A stretch of 61,694 nucleotides of DNA from an uncultured Saprospiraceae bacterium (GCA_937921555.1 CAKZUV010000055.1:1-61694); one strand, 5' to 3'. Shown: positions 1 through 10,660, numbered from the stretch's first letter. A program made the numbers and translations. The notes: generated from the sequence alone by a model not told the origin.

Positions 1-1638
1 GATGTAACCTTGACTTTCGTAGAAACGGAATCAGGTGAATTATGTGACGAAGGATTTTCTCGTAAGCGAGTATGGACGGCCACGGATGGTTGTGGAAATA
101 CGGCTACGGTAGAAACGGCTATCTGGGTCAACAAAGACAATACACCACCTGTATTTACTTTTGTACCTCCAACCGATCAGATGATTAGCTGTGAAGACTT
201 CCCGCCAACTTTCGGTAACGTAACGGTAGAAGATGATTGCAGTGGCGTAACGGTTACCTTTGTGGATGACTTTGTTTTTGGTGACGAAAATAGTTGTGAC
301 AACGGCGAGAGTTTTGATTACCGTCGAACGTGGACGGCTACGGATGGTTGTGGAAACGAATCCACAGCAGAGCAGAAGTTCTGGGTGATGCCTGGTCCTG
401 CGGCGGCTACGATTAGCGGAACGCTGATGACTGAGGAACTCGAAATGACGGATAATGTAATGATGAGTTTAGAAAATTCAAATGCCATAAACGTAAGCGA
501 AATGTCTACGGATGGTAACTTTACGTTTGATGTTGCTTTGAATCAGAACTATACGCTGACACCGGAGAGAGATGATAATCCACTGAACGGAATCACTACG
601 TATGATCTGGTATTATTGGGTCGTCATCTGTTAGAAATAGAAACACTGTCCAGCCCTTACAAGCTGATTGCTGCGGATATTAACAACAGCGGAAACGTGA
701 CTTCTCTGGATATGATTGCGTTACGAAGACTGATTTTGAATATCGATGAGTCGATTGTAAACAATACTTCGTGGAGATTTGTGGAATCGAATTATGTATT
801 CCCTGATCCGACGAATCCATTTGCGGCGACGTTCCCTGAAGTATCTAACTTTAATGGAATCACGCAAAGTCAGATTGCTGACTTTATGGCGATCAAAGTA
901 GGAGACCTTAACGGTAGCGCAGTGGCCAATCAATTAGCGGCGGGTGATACCCGAAGCTCAGATGGAGACCTGGTCTTCCAGCTGGACGACGCATCCTTAG
1001 CTGCCGGAGAAGAATACGAAGTAGCTTTCAAAGCACGTGATTTTGCGGCGGTACAAGGTTACCAGTACACGCTGAATCTTAGCGGACTGGAACTGGTAGA
1101 AGTGCAGGCAGGAGCCTTACGTGGTATCACTGCTGATAACTTTGGAATGACAAATCTGGATCGTGGTATACTGACCACGAGCTGGAACACCCAGAACGGT
1201 CTGACGGTATCGGACGACGAAGTACTCTTTACATTGGTTGTAAAAGCTACGGAAGCGGTTAAGCTGAGCCAGGCACTACGGGTAAGTTCTGATGTAACAC
1301 CGGCGGAAGGATACAGCGAACTAAGCGATAAACTGGCAGTCAGTTTACGATTTGGTGAAGGAGCGACTGGTACGGAAGCATTTACACTGTACCAGAACCG
1401 TCCGAATCCATTCGGAGCAGAGACGATGATTAGCTTTGATCTACCAACTGCGATGGAAGCGACGCTGACGATTTACGATGTATCCGGTCGGGTACTGAAG
1501 CAGGTATCGCGAAACTACGCAGCGGGTTACAACGAAGAGTTGATTGAACGCAACGAACTGAATGCTACGGGTGTGCTGTACTACCAGCTGGAGACAGCGA
1601 CGGAGACGGCGACCAGGAAGATGATTCTGGTAAAATAA
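1..1638 (+). CDS. T9SS-sorted surface protein, 5' end outside window (dockerin-like and cohesin-like segments, type-A T9SS C-terminal domain)
   Basis: Frame is open from base 1 (listed start at 10 is an in-frame TTG). DINNSGNVTSLDMIALRRLIL is a dockerin-like motif. C-terminus LYQNRPNPF...GVLYYQLETATETATRKMILVK fits the Por/T9SS sorting-domain pattern. A terminator follows. Confidence 0.8.
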   Translation, partial: DVTLTFVETESGELCDEGFSRKRVWTATDGCGNTATVETAIWVNKDNTPPVFTFVPPTDQMISCEDFPPTFGNVTVEDDCSGVTVTFVDDFVFGDENSCDNGESFDYRRTWTATDGCGNESTAEQKFWVMPGPAAATISGTLMTEELEMTDNVMMSLENSNAINVSEMSTDGNFTFDVALNQNYTLTPERDDNPLNGITTYDLVLLGRHLLEIETLSSPYKLIAADINNSGNVTSLDMIALRRLILNIDESIVNNTSWRFVESNYVFPDPTNPFAATFPEVSNFNGITQSQIADFMAIKVGDLNGSAVANQLAAGDTRSSDGDLVFQLDDASLAAGEEYEVAFKARDFAAVQGYQYTLNLSGLELVEVQAGALRGITADNFGMTNLDRGILTTSWNTQNGLTVSDDEVLFTLVVKATEAVKLSQALRVSSDVTPAEGYSELSDKLAVSLRFGEGATGTEAFTLYQNRPNPFGAETMISFDLPTAMEATLTIYDVSGRVLKQVSRNYAAGYNEELIERNELNATGVLYYQLETATETATRKMILVK

Positions 1639-1682
1639 CCTTTAGTAATTTATTTACCGAAAGGTAAATTATGAAATAACGA

Positions 1683-1719
1683 GTGGCTATCCTGCAAATG
1701 CAGGGTAGCCACTTTTTTT
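1683..1719 (+). terminator. rho-independent terminator after the 1..1638 gene
   Basis: GTGGCTATCCTGCA-AA-TGCAGGGTAGCCAC stem (one G-U pair) followed by TTTTTTT. Confidence 0.8.
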
Positions 1720-1731
1720 AGCGCTTTCATG

Positions 1732-1747
1732 TAAGAGCATGTTTAAA
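1732..1747 (-). repeat. copy of recurrent 16-nt intergenic word (TTTAAACATGCTCTTA on minus strand)
   Basis: Exact 16-mer also present at 4475 and 8867. Confidence 0.7.
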
Positions 1748-1857
1748 TTATAAAATGCTTTTGGCTTATGGCGGATCATGGTGTATTTTTAAAATTAAAA
1801 AATGACTAATATAATATTTACCTATAAGTAGGTATATCATAGGGTACTGAATCCCAT

Positions 1858-1865
1858 TATCTTTG
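1858..1865 (+). promoter_or_regulatory. candidate Bacteroidota -7 promoter box TATCTTTG
   Basis: Matches TAnnTTTG, about 47 nt upstream of the ATG at 1912. Confidence 0.4.
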
Positions 1866-1911
1866 TGAAAGAAAGAAAGGAACCTCCCTCCGGTTTTAGA
1901 AATAAAGACGC

Positions 1912-2598
1912 ATGGATAATAAGACAGTAAATTGTTTTTTGATAGGAGTGGTTTTCATACTACTGAGTTTGAGGATAAACGCACAGGAAGTGGCGGATAT
2001 CAGATATACGGTAGATGAGGAATTGCCAGTGGTTCATTGTATCAACGGACTGGGACTAAATTTCACAGCAGATCATCGCGAGAGGACCATTACTGCCCGG
2101 GAAATTAATCTTGGGAGTACCGATAATATTGGTATAAAAGAATTAAAACTAACGAAGCACCACCCGATTGCGAAGCGTCCCGAAGATGGTGCAACGGATC
2201 AGATAACATTTACGGCGAACGATTCAGGTAAACACAAAATTGATTTATGGGTCGGAGATTTTGGTGGCAACTGGGCGAGAAAGAGTACTTATATAGTAGT
2301 ATCAGATCTTGCGCTGAAGAAGGAACCAGCCACCAGCAATATAAAGGCGATTAATTATCCCAACCCCTTTTCTGAACAGACGAGCATTAATTTTGAGATG
2401 ATTGATTCCGGGAAGGCAAATATCGCTTTTCTGGATAGTAAAGGAAATTTAATTAAAGAAATAAAATCCGTTTATCCGAAAGGAGAACAAATTGTAGAAA
2501 TAAATAAAAATGATCTGCCGGGGCCAGGTATCTATTATTACCAAATTACGACGGAGCAAGGCAGCATCATCAAGAATATGATCATGGTGAATTATTAG
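1912..2598 (+). CDS. T9SS C-terminal-domain secreted protein
   Basis: N-terminal hydrophobic signal (VNCFLIGVVFILLSLRINAQE). C-terminal INYPNPFSEQTSINFEM...GIYYYQITTEQGSIIKNMIMVNY fits the sorting-domain pattern. Confidence 0.8.
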   Translation: MDNKTVNCFLIGVVFILLSLRINAQEVADIRYTVDEELPVVHCINGLGLNFTADHRERTITAREINLGSTDNIGIKELKLTKHHPIAKRPEDGATDQITFTANDSGKHKIDLWVGDFGGNWARKSTYIVVSDLALKKEPATSNIKAINYPNPFSEQTSINFEMIDSGKANIAFLDSKGNLIKEIKSVYPKGEQIVEINKNDLPGPGIYYYQITTEQGSIIKNMIMVNY

Positions 2599-2635
2599 GA
2601 GAGGAAAGAAATTATAATCCCAGATTATGTATAGT

Positions 2636-2659
2636 GAAGGTAGCCGCCCGGCTACCTTC
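2636..2659. terminator. bidirectional hairpin between convergent genes
   Basis: GAAGGTAGCC-GCCC-GGCTACCTTC, a perfect 10-bp stem between the stop at 2598 (+) and the stop at 2670 (-). Confidence 0.7.
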
Positions 2660-2669
2660 CTCTCTATTT

Positions 2670-3350
2670 TTAGCCGTTTGTAAAAATAACTCTCAGCCCA
2701 AACATCAACGGCCGCCCCTTCGACTCACTGACAGTGGTTCTTTCGTTCAGCTTGATATCCAAATCATTATAGTCAATACTGGTAAGCGGAATTTTCACAA
2801 AAGGGCGGAGCGACAATCTAATCTGATTCGATCTTGGTGTATTAAAACCCAGGTAAAAAGTAGCACTGTAGTTATTTTCTTTCATAAAAAGCGTTTTATT
2901 ATCCTGCTGATTTATGTTGGCTTTTATACTGTTAATATTAAAATCAACAGAACCGCCGTATGAAAACCAGTCAAACTGATTATCAATTCCAAAAGAAAAA
3001 GTCTGAAATCTGCCCAGTAGCTTGACAGAATTAGTCACACCGTCTTCTTCGGAAAGAATCGCTTCCTCATCGTCAAAACGATACACCCAAGTAGCTTCTA
3101 TACCCAGAAAATCCAATTCGTAACGTAGTCCGAAAAGCAATCCATTACTTAACCCAAATCTGTCAAATTGACTGAGGGCACCGGGATTGGAAGCATTATA
3201 ATTTTCGAGAATTTTATTGGCGGTGTTTGCGGCAGTAAAACTCAAATCGTACCCACTATTGATCCTTAGTTGAGCATTCAGCTGATAGCCATAAAATAAA
3301 AAAAGACAAGAAAATAATATTAATCTGCGGACAGAAGAAGTAAAGTTCAT
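2670..3350 (-). CDS. putative outer-membrane beta-barrel protein
   Basis: Signal peptide ending YGYQLNAQ. Alternating aromatic/hydrophobic strand pattern throughout. No family recognised. Confidence 0.6.
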   Translation of the reverse strand: MNFTSSVRRLILFSCLFLFYGYQLNAQLRINSGYDLSFTAANTANKILENYNASNPGALSQFDRFGLSNGLLFGLRYELDFLGIEATWVYRFDDEEAILSEEDGVTNSVKLLGRFQTFSFGIDNQFDWFSYGGSVDFNINSIKANINQQDNKTLFMKENNYSATFYLGFNTPRSNQIRLSLRPFVKIPLTSIDYNDLDIKLNERTTVSESKGRPLMFGLRVIFTNG

Positions 3351-3476
3351 GGTATTTGTTTGAGTAAAAAATTATTTCTACAAATAAAATTACGAAATAT
3401 CTGCCTAATAAAGAGGAATTAGTATATGATGATTTAAAAAATGTTTTATTTATTTGTAATTAGAAACATATTGTTT

Positions 3477-3484
3477 TATATTTG
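3477..3484 (+). promoter_or_regulatory. candidate -7 promoter box TATATTTG
   Basis: Matches TAnnTTTG, about 63 nt upstream of the ATG at 3547. Confidence 0.4.
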
Positions 3485-3546
3485 TAGCCAATCGAAATAT
3501 CATATACTGAAACACTATTCTTTTTTGAATAAAAAACATCGTTATC

Positions 3547-4326
3547 ATGGAAAAGACTTTATGGAAAAGTCACTGGTGGGCCTATGCTCAGACCAATTGG
3601 TTGAAAATTGTAGTCTTTGGAATTTTGTGTTTCATCTTTCTGAAAAAAGACCTCACTTTTCAACTAAATCTGAATGCTCCTTCAGAAGTGGAGGAGTCCG
3701 TTGAGAAAAATCAACCGGATTTGAAATCGAGGAAAAGTAAATCAACCCAAAAGTTAACCGACAAGAAAACAATCTCTTCATCTGTCACGGCCAATAAATC
3801 TGGTTTTATGGATAAGGTGGCCTTTCAGGAAACGCAAGTAAAAAGCGAGAAGGCACCTATTACTGATTTTCAGCCGGTCGGAGAAATTGACGAGTGGACC
3901 ATCAAAAGTTATATTGAACGATTCAGTCACGTGGCCATTACCGAACAGGAGCGGTTCCAGATTCCGGCATCCATTATACTGGCCAACGGTATCTTTCATA
4001 GTTTTGCCGGACAGGGGGAAATTACAACAAAGGGAAAAAATCACTTTGGTATCAAATGTACTTCCGGCTGGACCGGCGCTTCAATCAAGCAGGGTGGTCA
4101 GTGTTACCGTAAATATTCGAGTGCCTGGGAAAGTTTCCGGGATCATAGTCATTATTTGAATCAGGGAAAATTTAAAAGCTTGAAGAAATTTGAAATTACA
4201 GACTATAAATCCTGGGCAAAAGGACTGGAACGCCTGCAATACGGTGAACAACTTAAAATGTCTTATCAGTTGATTCAATTAATTGAGCAACACAAACTTT
4301 ATCAATTTGACCTGGCGGGCATTTAA
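3547..4326 (+). CDS. membrane-anchored glucosaminidase-domain (FlgJ-like) peptidoglycan hydrolase
   Basis: N-terminal TM helix. C-terminal half carries ASIILANGIFHSFAGQG...GKNHFGIKC...YRKYSSAWESFRDHSHYL, the glucosaminidase-domain pattern. Confidence 0.75.
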   Translation: MEKTLWKSHWWAYAQTNWLKIVVFGILCFIFLKKDLTFQLNLNAPSEVEESVEKNQPDLKSRKSKSTQKLTDKKTISSSVTANKSGFMDKVAFQETQVKSEKAPITDFQPVGEIDEWTIKSYIERFSHVAITEQERFQIPASIILANGIFHSFAGQGEITTKGKNHFGIKCTSGWTGASIKQGGQCYRKYSSAWESFRDHSHYLNQGKFKSLKKFEITDYKSWAKGLERLQYGEQLKMSYQLIQLIEQHKLYQFDLAGI

Positions 4327-4433
4327 GATTTTTCAAACAAGACCTGAAAAGGTGTATTAATCGTAATTTATTTAACATTCCTAAAAGGGTGTCTGCGCGA
4401 AAAGTTTCCTTTGGGAATGGAAGTTTAAACAAG

Positions 4434-4449
4434 TTCTAAAATGACACAA
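4434..4449 (+). repeat. variant copy of the 16-nt intergenic word (TTTAAACAAGTTCTAA)
   Basis: Differs at 2-3 positions from the other copies. Lies 26 nt upstream of the copy at 4475. Confidence 0.6.
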
Positions 4450-4474
4450 GTGGTCGTACACTCCCATTTAGAAA

Positions 4475-4490
4475 TTTAAACATGCTCTTA
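4475..4490 (+). repeat. copy of the 16-nt intergenic word (TTTAAACATGCTCTTA)
   Basis: Exact 16-mer. Its last three bases are the stop codon (minus strand) of the 4488..5057 gene. Confidence 0.7.
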
Positions 4491-5057
4491 TTCCATGCCA
4501 GGATATTTTCTTTTGTAGTAATAAACGCCTGCTCCGTACACCCAACCTTCCCCACCACGCGTGGTTTTTACTTTTATCCAGGGTTCGTCCGCTACGGTAT
4601 TTCCTAAGGAGATCTGCTCGGTAAATGGTGTGATTTCATTCATAAAGTAAACCTCCTCGAATAAAACAAGTTTGTTAAGAATAGCACTGTCCAGGCTGGG
4701 CCCCCTGCGGATATTAAGACCGTCAATGGTTACAAACAGGCGGGTGGCAGGATCTGCAGTCGCTACCGGCGGTGAGATCGCAGTTGGCTGTACCGGCACC
4801 GTCGTTACCGGTACTGGGACTGTCACTTCGGTAACCGCACTGGCTGGTATCAGAATACTATCCGGTTCCGGACTGGTCACGGGCGCGACTTCACTTTCAG
4901 TCTCATCTGCGGCTGGCGTATCCGCAGCGTTGGTGCTGGCATATTCTAACCGTTTTTCGTTACAACGTGGAATAGCAAACAGGATGAAACTGATAAAAAA
5001 TACAATGATGATCGTAATTTCAAGGCCGGGGAGTATAGATTTTTTTTTCTTAGCCAT
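4488..5057 (-). CDS. membrane-anchored SH3-domain protein
   Basis: N-terminal TM anchor, Pro/Thr/Val-rich linker, C-terminal bacterial SH3-like segment LNIRRGPSLDSAILNKLVLFEEVYF...WIKVKTTRGGEGWVYG. Confidence 0.7.
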   Translation of the reverse strand: MAKKKKSILPGLEITIIIVFFISFILFAIPRCNEKRLEYASTNAADTPAADETESEVAPVTSPEPDSILIPASAVTEVTVPVPVTTVPVQPTAISPPVATADPATRLFVTIDGLNIRRGPSLDSAILNKLVLFEEVYFMNEITPFTEQISLGNTVADEPWIKVKTTRGGEGWVYGAGVYYYKRKYPGME

Positions 5058-5244
5058 AGTATTAAATAATTATTTTAAATTTAATTTGTTCACATATTCG
5101 GGTAGTACTAAAACTTCTTCACTACCTTGCAAATATAAGCGCTTGTCCAAAATTTCTGAATAGTCACTGACTGATTGGACATTTACATAAACGCTGAGTG
5201 AGCACCAATGAATCTCTTTATTATAAGAATTGAACGCGCAAAAT

Positions 5245-6345
5245 ATGAACCAAAATTTAACTTATCAAATCGCCCTCACAAAAATACCCATGGTAGGACT
5301 TTGGACGGCTCGTTTGCTCATCGAAGCCTGTGGAAGTGCCGAAGCAGTTTTTAGTGAAAATAAAAAAACTTTGACAAAGATTCCCAGAATTTCGCCGGCG
5401 ATCGCAAAAAATATCCTGGAAGCTGACCCCGAATCATTGAGCGCTCCCGATCTTTCTTTTATTAATGAACATAATATCACGCCGCTCTTTTTTACAGACC
5501 CTGACTATCCTTCCCGGCTAAAACCGTTTTCGGACAGTCCGATGATTTTGTACTACAAAGGTAAGGCAAATTTGAACGCAGATCGCATTGTTGCCATCGT
5601 GGGTACGAGAACTCCGACCGATCAAGGGAAAATTTGCTGCCACGAGATTGTGGAAGGTCTGGCAAAATACAACGTTTTGGTCATCAGTGGTCTCGCCTAC
5701 GGAATTGATGTGACAGCCCATCAGAAATGCTTATCTTTACAGGTGCCAACAGTTGGCGTGTTAGGACATGGAATGAGCCAGATTTATCCGGCTGCTCACA
5801 AACCCATCGCTGCAAGGATGCTGGAACAGGGAGGAATCCTGACCGAGTTCGGCCCGGATAAAGGCCCGGAAAGAGAACATTTTCCAATGCGTAACCGAAT
5901 CGTTGCCGGAATGTCTGATGCCGTTATCGTCGTAGAAACAGCCCGGAAAGGAGGGTCTATGATTACCGCAGAACTGGCCAATGGCTACAACAAAGATGTA
6001 TTTGCCGTGCCGGGCAGATTGAATGATCGCTTTAGCAAAGGATGTAATCACCTCATAAAAGCACACAAAGCTCAACTGCTGGAATCCGCTGATGATATTG
6101 CTTACATCATGCGATGGACCGAACAGGATCCACCAAAAGAGCAACAAACCGCTTTATTTCCGGAACTGAATGAAAACGAAAGGAATTTAATTAACCTGAT
6201 CGGAGAAAACGAACAGATAAGTATTGATCAACTGGCGTATCAGGCGAAGTTAAATAGTAGCGAAATGGCTACTTTGATCCTGCAACTGGAATTTAAAGGA
6301 CTTATTAAAACACTTCCCGGAAAAAGATTTATTCTGGTTGAATAA
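5245..6345 (+). CDS. dprA: DNA-processing protein DprA (Smf)
   Basis: DprA core IVAIVGTRTPTDQG...ISGLAYGIDVTAHQ...VGVLGHGMSQIYP. First ATG is at 5245 (listed start 5230 is TTG). Confidence 0.9.
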   Translation: MNQNLTYQIALTKIPMVGLWTARLLIEACGSAEAVFSENKKTLTKIPRISPAIAKNILEADPESLSAPDLSFINEHNITPLFFTDPDYPSRLKPFSDSPMILYYKGKANLNADRIVAIVGTRTPTDQGKICCHEIVEGLAKYNVLVISGLAYGIDVTAHQKCLSLQVPTVGVLGHGMSQIYPAAHKPIAARMLEQGGILTEFGPDKGPEREHFPMRNRIVAGMSDAVIVVETARKGGSMITAELANGYNKDVFAVPGRLNDRFSKGCNHLIKAHKAQLLESADDIAYIMRWTEQDPPKEQQTALFPELNENERNLINLIGENEQISIDQLAYQAKLNSSEMATLILQLEFKGLIKTLPGKRFILVE

Positions 6346-6427
6346 ACATTGATGGGTAAGGTTTTAAAACTATATTTATAATAACAGACTGCGAAGTTGT
6401 AAAAACAACTTCTATATACCATTTTAC

Positions 6428-7558
6428 ATGAGAGTATTATTGTTGATTTTAATAATCCCGGTGATCCTGCTTAACTGCGGATCTTCCCGTCCCGCGGTCG
6501 ACGAAGGTGCGGGACCGATTCACGCTATGCCAAATGACAATCAGGAAAAGGCCGCAAAAAATATCATCTTAATGATTGGAGATGGAATGGGGTTAACACA
6601 AATTACCGCCGGTATTTATGACAATAATAATTTTTTAAATTTTGAAAAATTTCCGGTTACCGGATTAATGAAGACCCATTCTTACGATAATCTGGTGACT
6701 GATTCGGCCGCCGGAGGCACCGCAATGGCTTGCGGTGTAAAAACGTATAATAATGGGGTAGGCGTCAACAAGGATGGAATTGCTGTTAAATCAATTCTGG
6801 AAGAAGCCGAAGAGAAAGGAATGGGGACGGGAATCGTAGTGACTTCTGCGGTGGTTAATGCCACACCTGCTACTTTTATGGCGCATCAGAAATTAAGGGC
6901 ATTTGTCGAACCGATCGCCGAAGAGATTGCTAATTCCGGGGTAGACTTTTTAGTGGGAGGCGGAAAGAAATATTTCGACCGGCGGGATTCGGACGAACGC
7001 AACCTCATCGAAGAGATGAAGGCAAAAGGATATCAGATAGAAAACTTTATTCAGCATAAAACAATTGAGGAAGTCCGTACTGATTCCGTAAAAAAGTTTG
7101 TTTACTTTACAGCGGATGATGATCCGCTGACAAAAATTACCGGACGGAATTATCTTCCCTACGCCAGTCAGATGGGAGCCAATTTTTTAAAATCCAGAAG
7201 TGAGAATGGATTTTTTATGATGATTGAAGGTTCTCAGATTGACCTGGGAGGGCACGCCACCAACTTCAAATACGTGATGTCCGAACTCAGGGATTTTGAC
7301 GAAGCAATTAAAAACGTTCTTGAATTTGCCGAAGCCGACGGAGAAACCCTGGTCATTGTAACTGCCGACCACGAAACCGGAGGTCTGACCATTCAGGAGG
7401 GCTCAAAACTTAAAAAGATTAAAGCTGATTTTGCCTACGGCCGCCACAGCGGAACGATGGTTCCCGTTTTTGCCTACGGACCTGGATCAGAAAAATTTAC
7501 CGGTATTTTTGATAACACAGAGTTATACCGGAAAATGAAGGCGGCGCTCGCATTGTAA
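6428..7558 (+). CDS. alkaline phosphatase (PhoA family)
   Basis: Signal peptide. GDGMG, TDSAAGGTAMACGVKTYNNGVGV (active-site Ser region), DLGGHA and ADHETGG metal-ligand motifs. Confidence 0.9.
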   Translation: MRVLLLILIIPVILLNCGSSRPAVDEGAGPIHAMPNDNQEKAAKNIILMIGDGMGLTQITAGIYDNNNFLNFEKFPVTGLMKTHSYDNLVTDSAAGGTAMACGVKTYNNGVGVNKDGIAVKSILEEAEEKGMGTGIVVTSAVVNATPATFMAHQKLRAFVEPIAEEIANSGVDFLVGGGKKYFDRRDSDERNLIEEMKAKGYQIENFIQHKTIEEVRTDSVKKFVYFTADDDPLTKITGRNYLPYASQMGANFLKSRSENGFFMMIEGSQIDLGGHATNFKYVMSELRDFDEAIKNVLEFAEADGETLVIVTADHETGGLTIQEGSKLKKIKADFAYGRHSGTMVPVFAYGPGSEKFTGIFDNTELYRKMKAALAL

Positions 7559-7721
7559 AAAATAACACAACGAGCATAAAATCAGATGTTTCAGATAATA
7601 AAAAAAAACTACTGTATTCAAAACAGAAAAAATATTCCTTTTATAAAGTAGATCGAACACCGTAGCCATAAGTAAATTAGTCCCCGGTGTAATCATCTAT
7701 AACAATATACAAACACCAACT

Positions 7722-8762
7722 ATGAAATATAACCAACTCGGCACGACCGATCTTAAAGTCTCTGAAATCTGTCTGGGAACCATGACTTTTGGAGAACAAA
7801 ATTCTGAAAAAGAAGGACACGAACAACTGGACTATGCAATGAACAACGGTGTTAATTTTATTGATACCGCAGAAATGTATTCCGTTCCGGGTCGTAAAGA
7901 AACGGTTCACAGTACCGAAAAAATAATTGGTACCTGGCTGGCAAATCGCAAAGACCGGGAAAAAATCATCCTTGCTACCAAGATTACCGGACCTTCCAGT
8001 GGCATCACCTGGATTCGTCAGCCACTCGACTTTTCTCCGGCTTCGATCACAACGGCACTCGAAGGCAGCCTAAAAAGGTTACAAACCGATTATATTGATT
8101 TATACCAGTTGCACTGGCCCGAGCGCAGAACCAATTTTTTTGGGAAACGCGGTTATGTCCATGACGAAAATGATCCGTGGGTGGATAATATTTACGAAGT
8201 ACTCAATGCCCTCAGCGAACACATCAAGACGGGTAAAATCCGGCACATTGGTATCTCCAACGAAACGCCTTACGGAATGATGCGCTACCTGGAAGAGTCC
8301 GCCAAAAATGGATTGCCCCGCGTCGTTAGTATCCAAAATCCTTATAGCTTACTCAACCGTACTTTTGAAGTTGGACTGGCTGAAATGGCGATCAAGCAAA
8401 AGGTAGGTCTGTTAGCTTATTCACCGCTTGCTTTTGGGTTATTGTCCGGAAAATATCATCAGAAAAAAGATCAGGCGAGAGATCGTCTCAATCGATTTAA
8501 ACAATATGATCGTTATAAAGGAAAGCAATGTTTAGATGCTACCGCCAGGTATCTGGAGATCGCTCAAGCCAACAACATGACCCTGACTGAGATGGCGCTT
8601 GCTTACGTCAATAGTCGTCCGTTTCTTACCAGCACGATTATTGGTGCCACGACTATGAAACAACTAAAAGAAAATATCGGTAGTGCCAATTTTGAGATAA
8701 CAAAAGAAATTGAAAAGGCCATCGAAGCGGTGCAAAATGATATTCCTAATCCGGCGCCGTAA
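7722..8762 (+). CDS. tas: NADP(H)-dependent aldo-keto reductase, Tas-like
   Basis: Similar to E. coli Tas along the whole length by eye (LGTMTFGEQNSE, LQTDYIDLYQLHWPER, IQNPYSLLNRTFEVGLAE, IIGATTMKQLKENI). Confidence 0.9.
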   Translation: MKYNQLGTTDLKVSEICLGTMTFGEQNSEKEGHEQLDYAMNNGVNFIDTAEMYSVPGRKETVHSTEKIIGTWLANRKDREKIILATKITGPSSGITWIRQPLDFSPASITTALEGSLKRLQTDYIDLYQLHWPERRTNFFGKRGYVHDENDPWVDNIYEVLNALSEHIKTGKIRHIGISNETPYGMMRYLEESAKNGLPRVVSIQNPYSLLNRTFEVGLAEMAIKQKVGLLAYSPLAFGLLSGKYHQKKDQARDRLNRFKQYDRYKGKQCLDATARYLEIAQANNMTLTEMALAYVNSRPFLTSTIIGATTMKQLKENIGSANFEITKEIEKAIEAVQNDIPNPAP

Positions 8763-8789
8763 AGTTTTGAAACTATCTCTACGTGAAAA

Positions 8790-8826
8790 GCAGCTAACCA
8801 CACATAGAATGATTAGCTGCTTTTTT
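8790..8826 (+). terminator. rho-independent terminator after the aldo-keto reductase gene
   Basis: GCAGCTAA...TTAGCTGC stem followed by TTTTTT. Confidence 0.7.
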
Positions 8827-8866
8827 CTGTTTCTGGAAAACCTCCATAGAATCAATCAGGATTAGA

Positions 8867-8882
8867 TCTTTAAACATGCTCT
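8867..8882 (+). repeat. copy of the 16-nt intergenic word (TTTAAACATGCTCTTA)
   Basis: Exact 16-mer between the terminator at 8826 and the lipA stop at 8946. Confidence 0.7.
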
Positions 8883-8945
8883 TAGAGGGGAGGTGCTTAC
8901 AAACCGTTACCGGAGGGATCAAGTTATTTGGCGTAAAACATGGTT

Positions 8946-9824
8946 TTACAGATGCCGCTCCGAATGGTAAGAAGATCTTACCAGCGGACCACTCTCCACG
9001 TATTCCAGTCCTTTCTCTAAACCAACCTCTTTGTACATTTCAAAAACATCAGGATGAATATATTCCACCACGTCGAGATGCATTTTGGTCGGTTGTAAAT
9101 ATTGTCCAATCGTCAGCACATCACAACCATGCGCTACCAGATCATCCATGATTTCAAAAACCTCTTCTTTTGTTTCGCCGAGTCCGACCATGATGCCGGA
9201 TTTGGTTCTTTTCCCAAAATCCTTGGTTCGCTGAATCTGTTCCAGACTCCGGTCATATTTTGCCTGGGGCCGAACTTTGCGGTAAAGACTTTTCACCGTT
9301 TCCATGTTATGGGAGACGACTTCCTGTCCGCCACTGATCATTCTTTCCAGCGCATCCCAGGTTGCACGCACGTCGGGAATCAACGTCTCGATGGTTGTCG
9401 CAGGACTCGCTTCTTTGGTTTGCACCACGGTCTGGTACCAGATTTCGGCACCCCGGTCCTTGCGTTCGTCCCGGTTGACGGAAGTAATTACGGCGTGTTT
9501 GACCTGCATCAGCTTGATCGCTTCGGCCACCCGTCGTGGTTCATCTTCGTCGTATTCTCCAGGGCGGCCCGTTTTCACGGCACAAAAAGAACAAGAACGG
9601 GTACAGGTATTTCCCAGTATCATAAACGTCGCCGTACCGGCGCCCCAGCATTCGCCCATGTTGGGACAATTACCACTTTGGCAGATCGTATTTAAGTTAT
9701 ACTGATCCACCAAATTTCTTACTTTTTTGTAAGACTCGCCGATAGGAAGTTTCACCCGGAGCCAGTTTGGCTTACGACGTACGGGTTGTTTTTCTGATTG
9801 ATCAATGATGGGTAAATCCAGCAT
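8946..9824 (-). CDS. lipA: lipoyl synthase
   Basis: Cysteine clusters [12 protein letters not shown] and [10 protein letters not shown] (radical SAM). Confidence 0.95.
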   Translation of the reverse strand: MLDLPIIDQSEKQPVRRKPNWLRVKLPIGESYKKVRNLVDQYNLNTICQSGNCPNMGECWGAGTATFMILGNTCTRSCSFCAVKTGRPGEYDEDEPRRVAEAIKLMQVKHAVITSVNRDERKDRGAEIWYQTVVQTKEASPATTIETLIPDVRATWDALERMISGGQEVVSHNMETVKSLYRKVRPQAKYDRSLEQIQRTKDFGKRTKSGIMVGLGETKEEVFEIMDDLVAHGCDVLTIGQYLQPTKMHLDVVEYIHPDVFEMYKEVGLEKGLEYVESGPLVRSSYHSERHL

Positions 9825-9859
9825 GTTGATAATTCTATTTTAAAGACTGGTGGCTGGAA

Positions 9860-10660
9860 TTACCAGCGTTTGCCCAGTTGAATGTTTAAATAAAGGTTCA
9901 AGAAAAAAGGACGGTTTTCGGCATTCACAATATCATTATTTTCTACCAGAACCGGCATCTTTTTTACAAAAACATCCAGCATAAATCCTGCTTCGATGGC
10001 TTTAACAAATTCGTCGAAGGCTCCCCAGTCCAGGTGTACGCCCGCTTTGGCGTGAAAGCCCGGTACAAAAGACACTTCTTTGAGTCCACGGGAAAATCCG
10101 GCGGAACCAAATATATTTCGTTCGTCCAGAAAAAAGCTGGCATTCTCATCTGAATACTTTTCGGTGCTGATAAAATCCCGTCCATTTTCTGATCTGAAAA
10201 ATTCCAGATAGTAAGGTTTTAGAATCCCGAGGGTAGGGCCGAAAGAATAGGTATATCCGGCGGAAAGTCCCCGGTCTTTCGCTTTTTGGGTTAGATATTT
10301 CTTTTCGCCGATGGCAGCTCTGAGTGCAAATAGGTTGTTACGTTTTCCAAAAACAAAAGAACGGGAAGAACGTCCGTTGAGTTGTGACTGGTAATCAAAA
10401 CTCTGTCGGTTTTCTTTAGTATGTTTTAATTCACCAATTTCAAACTGATAAAATCTTGTTCGGTAATAGGTCTTTATCCGTCCAATATTTACTCCCAGCG
10501 CAAAACCATGCGTATGCAGACGAATGTCGAACGTAAATTCTTTGTCATAGATGATTCCAATGGGCGTATTGTCAATCCTTTTGGGTTGAAAAGTGCCCTG
10601 AGCATCTGCACCAGAGACAAGAAAGATCAGAAAGAGCGTATAAGCAAGATATTTTTTCAT
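9860..10660 (-). CDS. putative outer-membrane protein (unknown family)
   Basis: First ATG (10660) gives signal peptide MKKYLAYTLFLIFLVSGADAQ. The longer listed ORF starts at a TTG. Ends ...NIQLGKRW with a terminal aromatic residue, as in beta-barrel OMPs. Confidence 0.6.
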   Translation of the reverse strand: MKKYLAYTLFLIFLVSGADAQGTFQPKRIDNTPIGIIYDKEFTFDIRLHTHGFALGVNIGRIKTYYRTRFYQFEIGELKHTKENRQSFDYQSQLNGRSSRSFVFGKRNNLFALRAAIGEKKYLTQKAKDRGLSAGYTYSFGPTLGILKPYYLEFFRSENGRDFISTEKYSDENASFFLDERNIFGSAGFSRGLKEVSFVPGFHAKAGVHLDWGAFDEFVKAIEAGFMLDVFVKKMPVLVENNDIVNAENRPFFLNLYLNIQLGKRW